Positions 9,555 through 19,594 are shown, counted from the first letter of the stretch. The stretch is DNA of 30,312 nt from Prevotella sp. (GCA_031285625.1 JAITVV010000032.1:1-30312); one strand, 5' to 3'. Program-made: numbers and translations. Notes: generated from the sequence alone by a model not told the origin.

Positions 9555-9562
9555 CAAACTTA
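9555..9562 (-). promoter_or_regulatory. -7 promoter element (TAAGTTTG) immediately before the porin ATG
   Basis: Minus strand reads TAAGTTTG-CACCA-ATG. Confidence 0.6.
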
Positions 9563-9635
9563 CACAAAAAATGAAAATTGAGAAGTTAATGTTTCTATAA
9601 AAACAGAAGTAAGCATTATTTATTGTATAAAATTA

Positions 9636-9677
9636 AATCCGGAAACTGTTTAAAAAAAATTAAACAATTTCTGGATT
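9636..9677 (-). terminator. Terminator-like hairpin after the C1q-like gene
   Basis: Imperfect inverted repeat AATCCGGAAACTGTTTA...TAAACAATTTCTGGATT, followed on the minus strand by TAATTTT. Confidence 0.6.
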
Positions 9678-9705
9678 AGTTACTTTCGATACATTATTAA
9701 TTAAG

Positions 9706-10503
9706 CTATCGTTGTTTTATAGTTGCATAGCTAGTACCATTATTACCTACAGACAAAGCTAACAAGTTACCCCTTCTGATAGCAAATACGATTTGATCGC
9801 CGGCATTTAATGGTAAACCAGCCTGAGTAGTAGCTAACACAACAGATGCGCCCAAAAGAAGTGATCTGCTATCCACAGAAAGTTGTGTATAAGTCGATGC
9901 TGCCGCAGCTTTTTTATATATGGCAACACCATAGGTAGCGGCAACGCCAAGGTCTGAAAATGCGATCTGAGCTTTAATATCATATAATCCATTGTGTTTT
10001 GCAGTAAATACACCGGAAGTAGTATTATATTCTCCGTTTGTATCTATCAGCGCTGTACTATATGGAAAAACCTGCCAATTTGTAGCAGGAGATATCAGAT
10101 TGGCAGAAAGAAGACTAGCACCAGGATTTACAATACCAGCCAAATTAGTATTAATAGGTTCGGATGCCTGAATATTAACCCATTTTTCGCCATCCCACAT
10201 ATTCAATCCCGCTCCGCCTGTAAAACTTATATTAGTATTATATACGCTTAAGCCTGTATGAGCTAATTTTGCTGTAGCATCTGCCGGATCAACCCCTGAT
10301 ATATCATTTAATGCATTTACTGTGGTCAATGATACACGTGGAAAGAGAAAACCTCTCGTGGAATTTGCTCCACTTGATGTATTTTCTTTTATATCTAATA
10401 ATGCTCCATCGACTGGAATATTCCCAGACCCTATTGTAACTTGTGAATATAAATGTAAGGAACCAAGGCCTAAAATAATTAAAAAAGTAAAAAAACCACG
10501 CAT
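9706..10503 (-). CDS. Secreted protein: QVTIG N-terminal module + C1q/TNF-like C-terminal domain
   Basis: Signal peptide ends LYS/Q. QVTIG...ALLDIKE...GFLFPRV...GLSVYN...WDGEKW, then a C1q-like DTNGEYNTTSGVFTAKHNGLY...LNAGDQI. Confidence 0.7.
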   Translation of the reverse strand: MRGFFTFLIILGLGSLHLYSQVTIGSGNIPVDGALLDIKENTSSGANSTRGFLFPRVSLTTVNALNDISGVDPADATAKLAHTGLSVYNTNISFTGGAGLNMWDGEKWVNIQASEPINTNLAGIVNPGASLLSANLISPATNWQVFPYSTALIDTNGEYNTTSGVFTAKHNGLYDIKAQIAFSDLGVAATYGVAIYKKAAAASTYTQLSVDSRSLLLGASVVLATTQAGLPLNAGDQIVFAIRRGNLLALSVGNNGTSYATIKQR

Positions 10504-10581
10504 AGTTTAAAAATATGTAATTGTTCAAAATATTAAACAAATTATATATATAAAAGTTCTATGCCGGGTATATAAAATCAA

Positions 10582-11697
10582 TTAAAGTAATCCCTTAGTA
10601 GAAGGTAATTCATAGTTGAAAATATCTCTTTTCTTTGCCATTTTCAGAGCTCGTGCAAGGGCTTTGAAGATACCTTCTATCTTGTGATGCTCATTTACTC
10701 CCTCAGCTTTTATATTGAGGTTCATCTTAGCAGAATCACTCAGCGATTTGAAAAAGTGCAGAAACATTTCGGTAGGCATATCCCCTACCCGCTCACGATG
10801 AAAATCAGCATCCCAAACAAGCCATGGACGGCCGCCAAAATCAAGAACGACAGAGCATAAACAATCATCCATAGGCAAGCTATAACCATACCGTTCAATA
10901 CCCCTCTTATCCCCAAGGGCCTTATATAAAGCTTCGCCCAAGGCAATTGCAGTATCTTCTATTGTATGATGTTCATCGACATTCAGGTCACCTCTTACCT
11001 TTATAATAAGATCAGTCCCCGAATGTTTGCCTATTTGTTCCAGCATATGATCGAAAAAGCCTAAGCCTGTAGATATGTCACAGTCACCTTTGCCATCCAG
11101 ATTCAGGGCAATATAAATATCAGTCTCTTTTGTTGTACGCTTTACTTCCGCTTTACGTTCTCCTGCAAAAAGGAATTCGCTAATGACATCCCAATCTGTA
11201 GTCTGTAATACACAAGTATTTTTCAGTACTTCTGGAAGAACGACATTTTCCTGTAGAAAAATAGCTTTAGAGCCTAAATTCTTAGCTAATTCAACATCAG
11301 TCAGGCGATCACCTATTACATATGAATTCTGAAGATCATATTCTCCAGACAAATACTTACCAAGCAATCCTGTACGAGGTTTACGTGTTGGAGCATTGTC
11401 TTCCGGAAAGCTTCTATCAATAAGAATATCATCAAAAGTAATTCCTTCACCTTCCAATGTTTTCAACATTTTGTTATGTGCAGGCCAAAATGTATCTTCT
11501 GGAAAAGAAGAAGTACCCAGACCATCCTGATTGGTGACCATCACAAACTCAAAATCCAGATTTTTCTTTATAAAATAAAGATTACGTATTACTTTAGGAT
11601 AAAATTCTAATTTTTCCAGACTGTCCAGTTGGTAATCAACTGGTGGCTCTACAACCATTGTTCCGTCACGATCTATAAATAATACTCTTTTTTTCAT
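10582..11697 (-). CDS. hisB: Bifunctional histidinol-phosphatase / imidazoleglycerol-phosphate dehydratase
   Basis: HAD motif FIDRDGT; TNQDGLGT; RKP; IGPD motifs [26 protein letters not shown]. Confidence 0.97.
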   Translation of the reverse strand: MKKRVLFIDRDGTMVVEPPVDYQLDSLEKLEFYPKVIRNLYFIKKNLDFEFVMVTNQDGLGTSSFPEDTFWPAHNKMLKTLEGEGITFDDILIDRSFPEDNAPTRKPRTGLLGKYLSGEYDLQNSYVIGDRLTDVELAKNLGSKAIFLQENVVLPEVLKNTCVLQTTDWDVISEFLFAGERKAEVKRTTKETDIYIALNLDGKGDCDISTGLGFFDHMLEQIGKHSGTDLIIKVRGDLNVDEHHTIEDTAIALGEALYKALGDKRGIERYGYSLPMDDCLCSVVLDFGGRPWLVWDADFHRERVGDMPTEMFLHFFKSLSDSAKMNLNIKAEGVNEHHKIEGIFKALARALKMAKKRDIFNYELPSTKGLL

Positions 11698-11738
11698 CTA
11701 CTTTCTTTAGATTAAGGTCTCAGACCTATTCAATTATT

Positions 11739-12443
11739 TTAGTCAATAATAATATTACGTCTTTTCATATCAGTCATAAGATATGAATCTCCCGTTGTGT
11801 ACTCTTTAGGAAAAATATATCTGTTCTTTGTTTTCTCTTTCAGATCATAAACTTCTAAAGTAAACTCACCCGGATCATTAACCGCCGCATAACCAGCAAT
11901 GATAAACATCTGATTATCTACCCAGAACACAGCATCAGCACTATCAGAATAGCCCCTATATGTAATCAATACGGCACTTTTATCTTTACGATTGAATAGA
12001 GTTATGCCCTGGCTGTCGTCCGACCCGGCATAATGATACTTTCCATCTTCTGCAAGATAGACAAAAGTAGCTTCCATAATATTTAAATACATACTTTTAT
12101 CAGGAGAGTAATCATAAAACTGAGGTGTATATACGTCACGGTCTTTAGTATATTCTATATAATTATAATATGCGTATGTAGTATCCTTCTTTAGTTTATC
12201 AACATCCATCGTAGATTTAACACCCTTCTGAAAATCTGAAATATCCAAATTATAAAACTTCAACCAACCTTCAATGGCCGGCTTTATTTTTACAGCTAAG
12301 TCAGCATCAATATATTCTATCACAGATGAAGTAATGGTATCACCGGGTACCTCAACAGAAATTACAGTTGATTCTGAAGGAGCCTGTTTCTTACAACTAA
12401 TGACAAAACAAAAAAGAATACTTATTACAATAATATTTTTCAC
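11739..12443 (-). CDS. Hypothetical lipoprotein
   Basis: GTG start; lipobox VISC followed by KK; YSPDK beta-propeller-like segment. Confidence 0.7.
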   Translation of the reverse strand: MKNIIVISILFCFVISCKKQAPSESTVISVEVPGDTITSSVIEYIDADLAVKIKPAIEGWLKFYNLDISDFQKGVKSTMDVDKLKKDTTYAYYNYIEYTKDRDVYTPQFYDYSPDKSMYLNIMEATFVYLAEDGKYHYAGSDDSQGITLFNRKDKSAVLITYRGYSDSADAVFWVDNQMFIIAGYAAVNDPGEFTLEVYDLKEKTKNRYIFPKEYTTGDSYLMTDMKRRNIIID

Positions 12444-12554
12444 TATCTAAATTTTATATTAATTACATATTATGCCACGCGACTCGAGGTCGAACCGAAA
12501 ATAAGTATTTTCGAAAAGATTATCTACCAAGAAAAGAACGTATTTCATATATGC

Positions 12555-13583
12555 TTAAAGAGACTGCAATGTTTCTATTAATACTTTATTTTCCTGATCT
12601 GTACCAACGGTAATGCGCAAACAACCAGCACAAAGAGAAACTGAATTCCGGTTACGGACAATTACTCCTTTGTCTGCTAACTGCTTATACAATCCATTGG
12701 CATCATTTACTTTCACCAGAATGAAGTTAGCGTCTGTAGGGTATATTTTTTCTACAAATGACAGTTTTGGTAATTCATTTTTTAGATAATCACGACCTTT
12801 TAATAATATAGATACCCATTCTTTGCGAAGTTCCAATTTATTTAATTCTTCACTAACAAAGTTTTGAGTTAGAATATTTACATTATATGGATATTTCACC
12901 TTATTAAATAGCTTGATGATCTCAGGTGAGGCGAAAGCCATACCCAAACGAACAGCTGCTAACCCCCATGCTTTAGAGAATGTCTGTAGAATAATAAGGT
13001 TCGGATATTCATTCAATTCTCTTAACCATGTAGTTTCAGAAGCAAAATCAATATATGCTTCATCAACAATTACTATTCCCTGAAATGTATTTAATATTTT
13101 CTTTATTTCGCCTCTATCCAGCAAATTTCCAGTCGGGTTATTGGGTGAACATAGAAATATCAATTTTGTATTATTATCTGTTTTGTCCAGAATATTTTGC
13201 GCATTCAGATCAAAATTTTCATCAAGTAAAACTTTACGATATTCTATATCATTTACATCTGCACATACCTGATACATTCCATATGTAGGGTCAATAGCCA
13301 CAATATTATCTACACGCGGTTCACAAAAAACACGGATAACCAAATCGATAGGCTCATCACTACCATTACCTAGAAAGATGTTCTCAGGAACCGTACTTTT
13401 TATTTTAGCTATCTTTTCCTTTAATTTCCACTGCAAAGGATCAGGGTAGCGATTATATTTATCATTAAGCGGGTTCTCATTTGCATCCAGAAAGGCCGAA
13501 GCCTCCCCTTTAAATTCATCCCTTGCTGATGAATAAGGTTTCATATTCCATACATTTTTACGTACAAGTTGTTGCAGATTCAT
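12555..13583 (-). CDS. hisC: Histidinol-phosphate aminotransferase
   Basis: [42 protein letters not shown] lysine in [14 protein letters not shown]. Confidence 0.97.
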   Translation of the reverse strand: MNLQQLVRKNVWNMKPYSSARDEFKGEASAFLDANENPLNDKYNRYPDPLQWKLKEKIAKIKSTVPENIFLGNGSDEPIDLVIRVFCEPRVDNIVAIDPTYGMYQVCADVNDIEYRKVLLDENFDLNAQNILDKTDNNTKLIFLCSPNNPTGNLLDRGEIKKILNTFQGIVIVDEAYIDFASETTWLRELNEYPNLIILQTFSKAWGLAAVRLGMAFASPEIIKLFNKVKYPYNVNILTQNFVSEELNKLELRKEWVSILLKGRDYLKNELPKLSFVEKIYPTDANFILVKVNDANGLYKQLADKGVIVRNRNSVSLCAGCLRITVGTDQENKVLIETLQSL

Positions 13584-13615
13584 TCTTCTTTGTTTAAATC
13601 ATATATTTAAAACAA

Positions 13616-13652
13616 TAGCTACAATAATCCATTACTCCATTTATTGTAGCTA
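13616..13652. repeat. Perfect 12-bp inverted repeat between PfpI and hisC
   Basis: TAGCTACAATAA-N13-TTATTGTAGCTA. Confidence 0.75.
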
Positions 13653-13672
13653 CGTTATCTTTCTTCGGTAAA

Positions 13673-14251
13673 TTATAATTCTATTTTCACACCTAGCAGT
13701 TTATAAAATTCTCTAAGTATTGCCGGATGTCCCGGCCATGCCGGAGATGTTGTCAGATTGCCATCTGTAATGGCTTCTGTAGCAGGGATATCTTTATAAT
13801 TACCTCCTGCGAGTGTTACTTCCGGGCCTACTGCTACATAGCATGTTAGAGTTTTACCCTTAACCACATTGGCTGCAGTCAGTATCTGAATACCATGGCA
13901 AATAGCTGCTACAGGCAGATTGTTATCAAAAAAATACTTTGTATATTCTATAACTTTAGGATCGAGGCGAATATATTCCGGTGCACGTCCACCTGTGATA
14001 TACAGTCCGGCATAATCTTCTAATTTTATGCTATCGAAACTCTTATTCAATGTAAAGTTATGACCTCTAAGCTCTACATAAGTTTGAAATCCGACAAAAT
14101 CATGTATTGCTGTTGCAACCTGTTCTCCTGCTTTCTTACCCGGGCAAACTACATCTACATGGAAACCGACACTGGTAAGCGCCTGATAAGGAACCATCAA
14201 TTCATAATCTTCTACGAAATCGCCTGCAAGCATCAAAATTCTTTTACTCAT
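13673..14251 (-). CDS. DJ-1/PfpI family protein (protease/glyoxalase III-like)
   Basis: GDFVEDYE, GGRAPEYIR, nucleophile elbow AICHG, PAWP. Confidence 0.9.
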   Translation of the reverse strand: MSKRILMLAGDFVEDYELMVPYQALTSVGFHVDVVCPGKKAGEQVATAIHDFVGFQTYVELRGHNFTLNKSFDSIKLEDYAGLYITGGRAPEYIRLDPKVIEYTKYFFDNNLPVAAICHGIQILTAANVVKGKTLTCYVAVGPEVTLAGGNYKDIPATEAITDGNLTTSPAWPGHPAILREFYKLLGVKIEL

Positions 14252-14344
14252 GATAATATGGGTTTTAATAGTTTCACAATCAGTTAACTCCTATAAATAT
14301 AGTTATATTTTTAACAAAACAGGATAGTACATCCGTACAGATTG

Positions 14345-14794
14345 TTAATTTGGCTGATAAGTAGTCACCACAAATATAATTAAAGGTTCATCCCCTGTAT
14401 TAACTATTGAGTGATAATTATTACCTCCCTGTATAGAAGTTATATTCCCTTTTTTCAGATTGAACTTCCGTGTTATTTTATCTAAACCTTCACGTTCGAT
14501 ATACTCTCCTTCTCCATGTACCAATACATACAGTTCCTGTTCTTTCTTCGTTCCATGTTCGTGGAAACCCGCCTGATCACCTTTATTTAAGAGTACCATA
14601 TATGTTCCGATACGGTTATTTACAAGTTCGCCTTTTTCAAATATAGACAACATATATACAACACCGTTACCATCATACATCGGATCACGTTTTTCGATGT
14701 CTATAACAGTCCGCTGTGGTTTACCAAATGGAGTTAATGTAATATCTATATATTTCGATACTGTCTCTAATACTTGTTTTTTCTCGTTTTCCAT
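14345..14794 (-). CDS. Cupin-domain protein
   Basis: Cupin metal ligands in GFHEH...ELYVLVHGEG...YHSIVNTG. Confidence 0.85.
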   Translation of the reverse strand: MENEKKQVLETVSKYIDITLTPFGKPQRTVIDIEKRDPMYDGNGVVYMLSIFEKGELVNNRIGTYMVLLNKGDQAGFHEHGTKKEQELYVLVHGEGEYIEREGLDKITRKFNLKKGNITSIQGGNNYHSIVNTGDEPLIIFVVTTYQPN

Positions 14795-14809
14795 TTTTAT
14801 ATTTGCTTT

Positions 14810-15238
14810 TTATATTATCTTTTCCATTTCATAATGAGGAATACCGACTTCAGTAAACTCTTCACCGATTATATTATAATTGTATTTTAAATAAAAGCCA
14901 ACCGCTACCTTCCGGGCATGAAGGATAATTCTATTAAATCCGCGTTCACGGGCAGTTTGTTCTGCAAAATGTAATACTTTAGCACCAATGCCTTTTTTCT
15001 GGATTGAATTATCCACCGCCATCTGACGCAATTGGATTATCCTATTATCAACAGGAGTTAATATACAGCAGCCAATTACCGAACTATTTTCTTCACAGAC
15101 ACACAAAATATCATTCTTCTCCTTTTCCAAATACTCAGGCGAAAAAGTAAGTCCCAATGGTTCCCGTAAAATCCGGTAACGAAGATCAACCATTTTATCA
15201 TAATCAGGTGTATCAGATATAATTACTTTAGTCTCCAT
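14810..15238 (-). CDS. GNAT N-acetyltransferase (ElaA/YjcF-like)
   Basis: LRYRILREPLG; LRQMAV...QKKGIG acetyl-CoA motif; LHAR; FYLK; EVGIPH. Confidence 0.9.
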   Translation of the reverse strand: METKVIISDTPDYDKMVDLRYRILREPLGLTFSPEYLEKEKNDILCVCEENSSVIGCCILTPVDNRIIQLRQMAVDNSIQKKGIGAKVLHFAEQTARERGFNRIILHARKVAVGFYLKYNYNIIGEEFTEVGIPHYEMEKII

Positions 15239-15239
15239 A

Positions 15240-15590
15240 TTACTTACCTAAAAATTTATTCAACTCATCTGTCATATAAGCACCTAAACGATATGTACCT
15301 CTACCATCTTTCAGGTAGGAGCCTCCCCTCTGAATGGAAAGTGTATCCCTGCTTGCAATAAAAATAAGCTGCTCTTGCGGCACAAAATCTGTATTTTCTC
15401 TCTTTGCAGAGCCAATGATATTTACTAACTGTTGAATTTTATCCAAGTCGGTAATTACAATTCGTTCACCAAAAACTTTTTCATAAATAACCTTATCGGC
15501 CTTCATGTACTGGGTTTTATTAATTGAGCCCTCAAAAGTTGAGCAACCAGCAAAAGCCAGAACGGTAAATAGCAGATAGATGTATTTCAT
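15240..15590 (-). CDS. Small hypothetical lipoprotein
   Basis: Lipobox FAGC; ATG overlaps the hisD TGA (ATGA). Confidence 0.7.
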   Translation of the reverse strand: MKYIYLLFTVLAFAGCSTFEGSINKTQYMKADKVIYEKVFGERIVITDLDKIQQLVNIIGSAKRENTDFVPQEQLIFIASRDTLSIQRGGSYLKDGRGTYRLGAYMTDELNKFLGK

Positions 15591-16873
15591 TGTTTCTTAT
15601 CTTTTAATCGTAATGTTACAGCATTTTTGTGAGCAAATAACTCTTCATTCTCAGCCATTATCTCTATTGTTCTGCCCAGATTTTGAATTCCCTCTTTGGA
15701 AATCCTCTGAAAAGTGATCTTTTTAACAAAGCTATCCAGATTGACCCCACTGTAGGCTTTAGCATAACCATTTGTAGGCAATGTATGATTCGTTCCCGAA
15801 GCATAATCCCCTGCACTTTCGGGAGTATAATTACCAAGAAAAACCGAACCGGCATTGACTATTTCATCAGCAATATCCATATATTCAGCAGATTCTATAA
15901 TAAGGTGTTCAGGGGCATATTCATTAGTCATATCTATAATCTCCTGATTGTCTTTCAACAAAATCAATTTGCTATTTTGCAACGCTTTCTCAGCAACTTC
16001 CCGACGAGGCAGTTCAAACAATTGCCTCTCTATCTCATGTAAAACTTCCGATATGAATGGCTCACTGGTAGTAGTCAGTATTACCTGACTGTCCGAACCA
16101 TGTTCTGCCTGAGACAAAAGATCAGCCGCTACAAATGCTGGATTCGCCGTTTCGTCAGCAATAACCTGTACTTCCGAAGGGCCAGCCGGCATATCTATAG
16201 CTACATCTCTGAGGCTCACGAGTTGTTTGGCAGCCATTACATACTGATTACCGGGTCCGAATATTTTATAGACCTTAGGTATCGATCCTGTTCCATAAGC
16301 CATCGCTCCGATAGCTTGTATTCCCCCGGCTTTGAATATCTTATCTACACCTGCTTCTTTTGCAGCAAATAAAATAGCAGGATGTATTTTACCTTCCTTA
16401 TTTGGCGGAGAACAAAGGATAATCTCTTTGCAACCAGCAATCTTAGCCGGAACTGCAAGCATCAATACTGTAGAAAATAAAGGAGCTGTACCTCCCGGGA
16501 TATATAGACCCACCTTCTCTATACCAACAACCTTTTGCCAGCAAGTAACACCTTTCGTAGTCTCTATTTTTTTTGTTTCAAATATCTGGCTTCGATGAAA
16601 AGTCTCAATATTTTCTTTTGCCTGACGTATGGCAGCCTTCAACTCATCAGAAACAAGACTTTCAGATTCATCGATTTCGGCCTTAGACGCAGCTAATGAA
16701 CTCAGTTTTACCTTATCGAATTTTTCCTCATATTCGTAAACAGCTGTATCTCCTCTTTCCTTTATATCGTTTAATACCTCACTCACAGTATTATTCAATG
16801 ATGTAGTGTCAAATACAGGGCGGGCAAGTATTTTTGTCCAATTGGTACGTTCAGGATATATTATAATCTGCAT
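15587..16873 (-). CDS. hisD: Histidinol dehydrogenase
   Basis: GLYIPGGTAPLFST, GPGNQYV, DMPAGPSE, DLLSQAEH, APEHL, GDYASGTNHTLPT. Confidence 0.97.
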   Translation of the reverse strand: MQIIIYPERTNWTKILARPVFDTTSLNNTVSEVLNDIKERGDTAVYEYEEKFDKVKLSSLAASKAEIDESESLVSDELKAAIRQAKENIETFHRSQIFETKKIETTKGVTCWQKVVGIEKVGLYIPGGTAPLFSTVLMLAVPAKIAGCKEIILCSPPNKEGKIHPAILFAAKEAGVDKIFKAGGIQAIGAMAYGTGSIPKVYKIFGPGNQYVMAAKQLVSLRDVAIDMPAGPSEVQVIADETANPAFVAADLLSQAEHGSDSQVILTTTSEPFISEVLHEIERQLFELPRREVAEKALQNSKLILLKDNQEIIDMTNEYAPEHLIIESAEYMDIADEIVNAGSVFLGNYTPESAGDYASGTNHTLPTNGYAKAYSGVNLDSFVKKITFQRISKEGIQNLGRTIEIMAENEELFAHKNAVTLRLKDKKQ

Positions 16874-16876
16874 ATT

Positions 16877-17560
16877 TTAATTGTTTCCGTATATTAATAT
16901 TTGAGCAATATCCGGTATATTTAATTGCTCCTTTTCATTTATTGCTGATAACCTGTTTGCAAAAATATCTAGTTCTTTCTTCGTTCCATCAATTGCTTTT
17001 GCCAGATCTTCTTTTGAAACTTCAACATACAAATCGTTATGTTCAGGTACAAAGCCCTCTGATACATTAGGATGTTCCAGATCAAAAACAACTGTATCTC
17101 CCTTATTAACAATAGATGGTGAGGGATGACCTATCCAAAAATATGGATTCTCGTCATTAGTCAAAAGCCTTTCCCATTCAGAAATATCCCCTAAGTCACC
17201 ACAGCATTGAGGATAGAGTTTATCTAGTCCGGTGATATTAAGAACATAACCTCCTACGAGAGTAGATAGATTCTCCACATCTTTATCTGAATCCTCCCAT
17301 TCATCTTTTATTAATTTTAGCAGATTTGCATCGGTAATGTCAGATAAAGAATATAAACTTCCGCCTCTATCATATGAATTCATTTTGTCCGGGAAGCCTG
17401 CCTTTTTCAGGCAATCCTCTTTAAATGTATCCCAGGCCTCAGCATATTTCCAGTAAGGGCCATCCATTGGTGAATTATCACCAAAACTATAATAAGTTAT
17501 TTCAATAACAGGCATAAGTTTTACATTCATACTGCTCAATAATTTATTGCAAAAAATCAA
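16877..17560 (-). CDS. Hypothetical acidic cytoplasmic protein (start may be ATG 17530 or 17515)
   Basis: 227-aa ORF in operon orientation with GGYVL...PQCCGDLGDISEW and WIGHP segments; ends 3 nt before the hisD start. Confidence 0.7.
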   Translation of the reverse strand: MIFCNKLLSSMNVKLMPVIEITYYSFGDNSPMDGPYWKYAEAWDTFKEDCLKKAGFPDKMNSYDRGGSLYSLSDITDANLLKLIKDEWEDSDKDVENLSTLVGGYVLNITGLDKLYPQCCGDLGDISEWERLLTNDENPYFWIGHPSPSIVNKGDTVVFDLEHPNVSEGFVPEHNDLYVEVSKEDLAKAIDGTKKELDIFANRLSAINEKEQLNIPDIAQILIYGNN

Positions 17561-18108
17561 AGATTTAAAGAACTAACAGGCATATATAAACCATTTGATT
17601 TTAAAGACTTTATAAAAGTCTCAGCATTATCTTCATATAAATTCTTAATTTCAACACTATACCCAATGTGTGTATTAGGTAAATAAGTTTTGATCCCTTT
17701 CCAAAATATTTCTAAATCATTATCAGAAACACAATATAAAGTCAAACGATACTTATCTTTTGTATAAAAAATAAAATCTCTTGTTTTCAACAGAGTAATT
17801 CCCGCTACAGATGTCTTATCAATAATAGGTTTGATCCAGACAATATCATCAGGATTATTCTGAATCAGATCAATCCAAAAAGAATCGGGAACTGCCTCTT
17901 TTCGAGTTCTATTTATTCGAATAATGACTCCTATTATGAAGCCTATCCCCAGAGCTATAGGATATAATGAATAGGAGGATGACATTTCTTTTCCTACATA
18001 TATTAAAAGAGCTGCTATTGCAAAGCATATAATAATAAACAATGGAGATACTTTAGACTTATATTCTCTATTTTCAATTAATAATTTTTCAAACTCTTCA
18101 TTCATCAT
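17557..18108 (-). CDS. Hypothetical membrane protein with two N-terminal TM helices
   Basis: Hydrophobic stretches LFIIICFAIAALLIYVG and LYPIALGIGFIIGVII; packed tightly in the operon. Confidence 0.7.
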   Translation of the reverse strand: MMNEEFEKLLIENREYKSKVSPLFIIICFAIAALLIYVGKEMSSSYSLYPIALGIGFIIGVIIRINRTRKEAVPDSFWIDLIQNNPDDIVWIKPIIDKTSVAGITLLKTRDFIFYTKDKYRLTLYCVSDNDLEIFWKGIKTYLPNTHIGYSVEIKNLYEDNAETFIKSLKSNGLYMPVSSLNL

Positions 18109-18122
18109 TCAGCTTTAATAAT

Positions 18123-18647
18123 TTATTGATATTCCTTCCTCAATAAGCTATATACAGCAATATCTGTAAAAACATTGTCTACTAGTAATTCACCATCCCT
18201 TTCTATACCTTCCATTTGGAAGCCCAGTTTTTCAGGAATACGACGGCTCTTATTGTTACCTACTGCCACCTTGATCTGGATACGGTTCATACCCATTTCA
18301 TTGAAGGCATATTCTACAAGTTTAGATACCGACTGTGTCATGATACCCTTTCCCTGAGCATTTTGGGACAGCCAATAGCCGATCTCTATTTTCTTATTAT
18401 CGGCATCTGTATCTTTGAAACCTATAAGCCCTACAAACTGATCGTTATAATATATAGTGAACTGCTTATCTGCTGTCTGCAACACATATCTTACATAATT
18501 TCCGGTATCTTCTACTTCACGTGTGGTATCTACAAAAGGAAGCCATTCACGCAAATATTCCCTTTCATTATTCAGAGTATTGAATATCTTAAAGATATCA
18601 TCTACAGACAACGGATATAGGGCAATATCATCTGAAACCTGTATCAT
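18123..18647 (-). CDS. RimJ/RimL-type GNAT acetyltransferase (YdaF-like)
   Basis: YLREWLPFV, EIGYWL, QGKGIMT, NRIQI, NNKSRRIPEKLGF; ATGA overlap with the hisG stop. Confidence 0.9.
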   Translation of the reverse strand: MIQVSDDIALYPLSVDDIFKIFNTLNNEREYLREWLPFVDTTREVEDTGNYVRYVLQTADKQFTIYYNDQFVGLIGFKDTDADNKKIEIGYWLSQNAQGKGIMTQSVSKLVEYAFNEMGMNRIQIKVAVGNNKSRRIPEKLGFQMEGIERDGELLVDNVFTDIAVYSLLRKEYQ

Positions 18648-19498
18648 AAAATCATTTTTTCAATTGGTAAAACAATTATTCCTTCTGCACCCGAAGCTTT
18701 CAGTTTAGTGATCACTTCCCAGAAACGTTTATCTTCGATAACCGATTGCACAGAGCACCATCCTTTGGTGGCCAACGGAGTAACAGTCGGACTACGCATC
18801 CCCGGCAAGATATCAAATATTTCGTCAAGTTTATCTTCCGGTGCATTCAGAAGTACATATTTTTTACCTTCGGCACTTTGTACAGCTTCTATTCTGAATA
18901 TCAGTTCATCCAGAATATCTTTTTTTTCCTGAGACAAATCTTTAGTTGCAATCAATAATGCTTCCGATTGCATTACCACTTCTACTTCTTTCAGCCGATT
19001 ACTTACAAGGGTTCCCCCCGAACTTACAATATCAAAAATAGCATCCGAAAGCCCTATACTAGGCGAAATTTCAACAGAACCGGTTATTATATGGATCTCC
19101 GATTCGATACGCTGCTTTTCTAAATATTTATTGAGAATATGAGGATAGGAAGTAGCAATTTTTTTACCTTCAAACCACTGCACACCCTTATAATCCTCGT
19201 CTTTAGGGATCGCCAGAGATAATCGGCATTTACTGAATCCAAGACGCTTTATTATATCTGCAGCCTCATCTTTTTCCATATATTCGTTCTCTCCCACAAC
19301 ACCTACGTCTGCGACACCTGTAGCCACAGCTTGTGGAATATCATCATCGCGAAGGAAAAGTATTTCGACCGGAAAATCCTTTGCCGGAATAAGCAATGTA
19401 CGCTTGATGTTATTCAGTTTGATACCTGCTTCGCGTAGAAGCTCCATTGTTTCTTCAAATAGCCGACCTTTCGACTGAACTGCAATTCTTAATACCAT
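18644..19498 (-). CDS. hisG: ATP phosphoribosyltransferase, long form
   Basis: IAVQSKGRL, LRDDDIP, ATSYP, GSVE, DIVSSGGTL and C-terminal regulatory domain PGMRSPT. Confidence 0.97.
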   Translation of the reverse strand: MVLRIAVQSKGRLFEETMELLREAGIKLNNIKRTLLIPAKDFPVEILFLRDDDIPQAVATGVADVGVVGENEYMEKDEAADIIKRLGFSKCRLSLAIPKDEDYKGVQWFEGKKIATSYPHILNKYLEKQRIESEIHIITGSVEISPSIGLSDAIFDIVSSGGTLVSNRLKEVEVVMQSEALLIATKDLSQEKKDILDELIFRIEAVQSAEGKKYVLLNAPEDKLDEIFDILPGMRSPTVTPLATKGWCSVQSVIEDKRFWEVITKLKASGAEGIIVLPIEKMIL

Positions 19499-19531
19499 GA
19501 TATGTTTGTTTTATATTATTTCCTGTATAAC

Positions 19532-19564
19532 AAAAAAAGAGCTCACCTATCAGGCAAGCTCTTC
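19532..19564 (-). terminator. Terminator hairpin of the his attenuator
   Basis: RNA AGAGCUUGCCU-GAU-AGGUGAGCUCU (11-bp stem with G-U pairs) followed by a U-tract, 33 nt upstream of hisG. Confidence 0.88.
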
Positions 19565-19594
19565 TATATTTTTGCAGACACCACATCAATATAC

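Noticed and set aside
10582-19498. Integron-like cassette array as an explanation for the his cargo
   Set aside because: No integrase and no repeated attC-like sites; many junctions are overlapping codons with no room for sites.
10582-19498. Absence of hisH/A/F/IE
   Set aside because: A split his pathway is usual in Bacteroidales; these genes are probably elsewhere in the genome.
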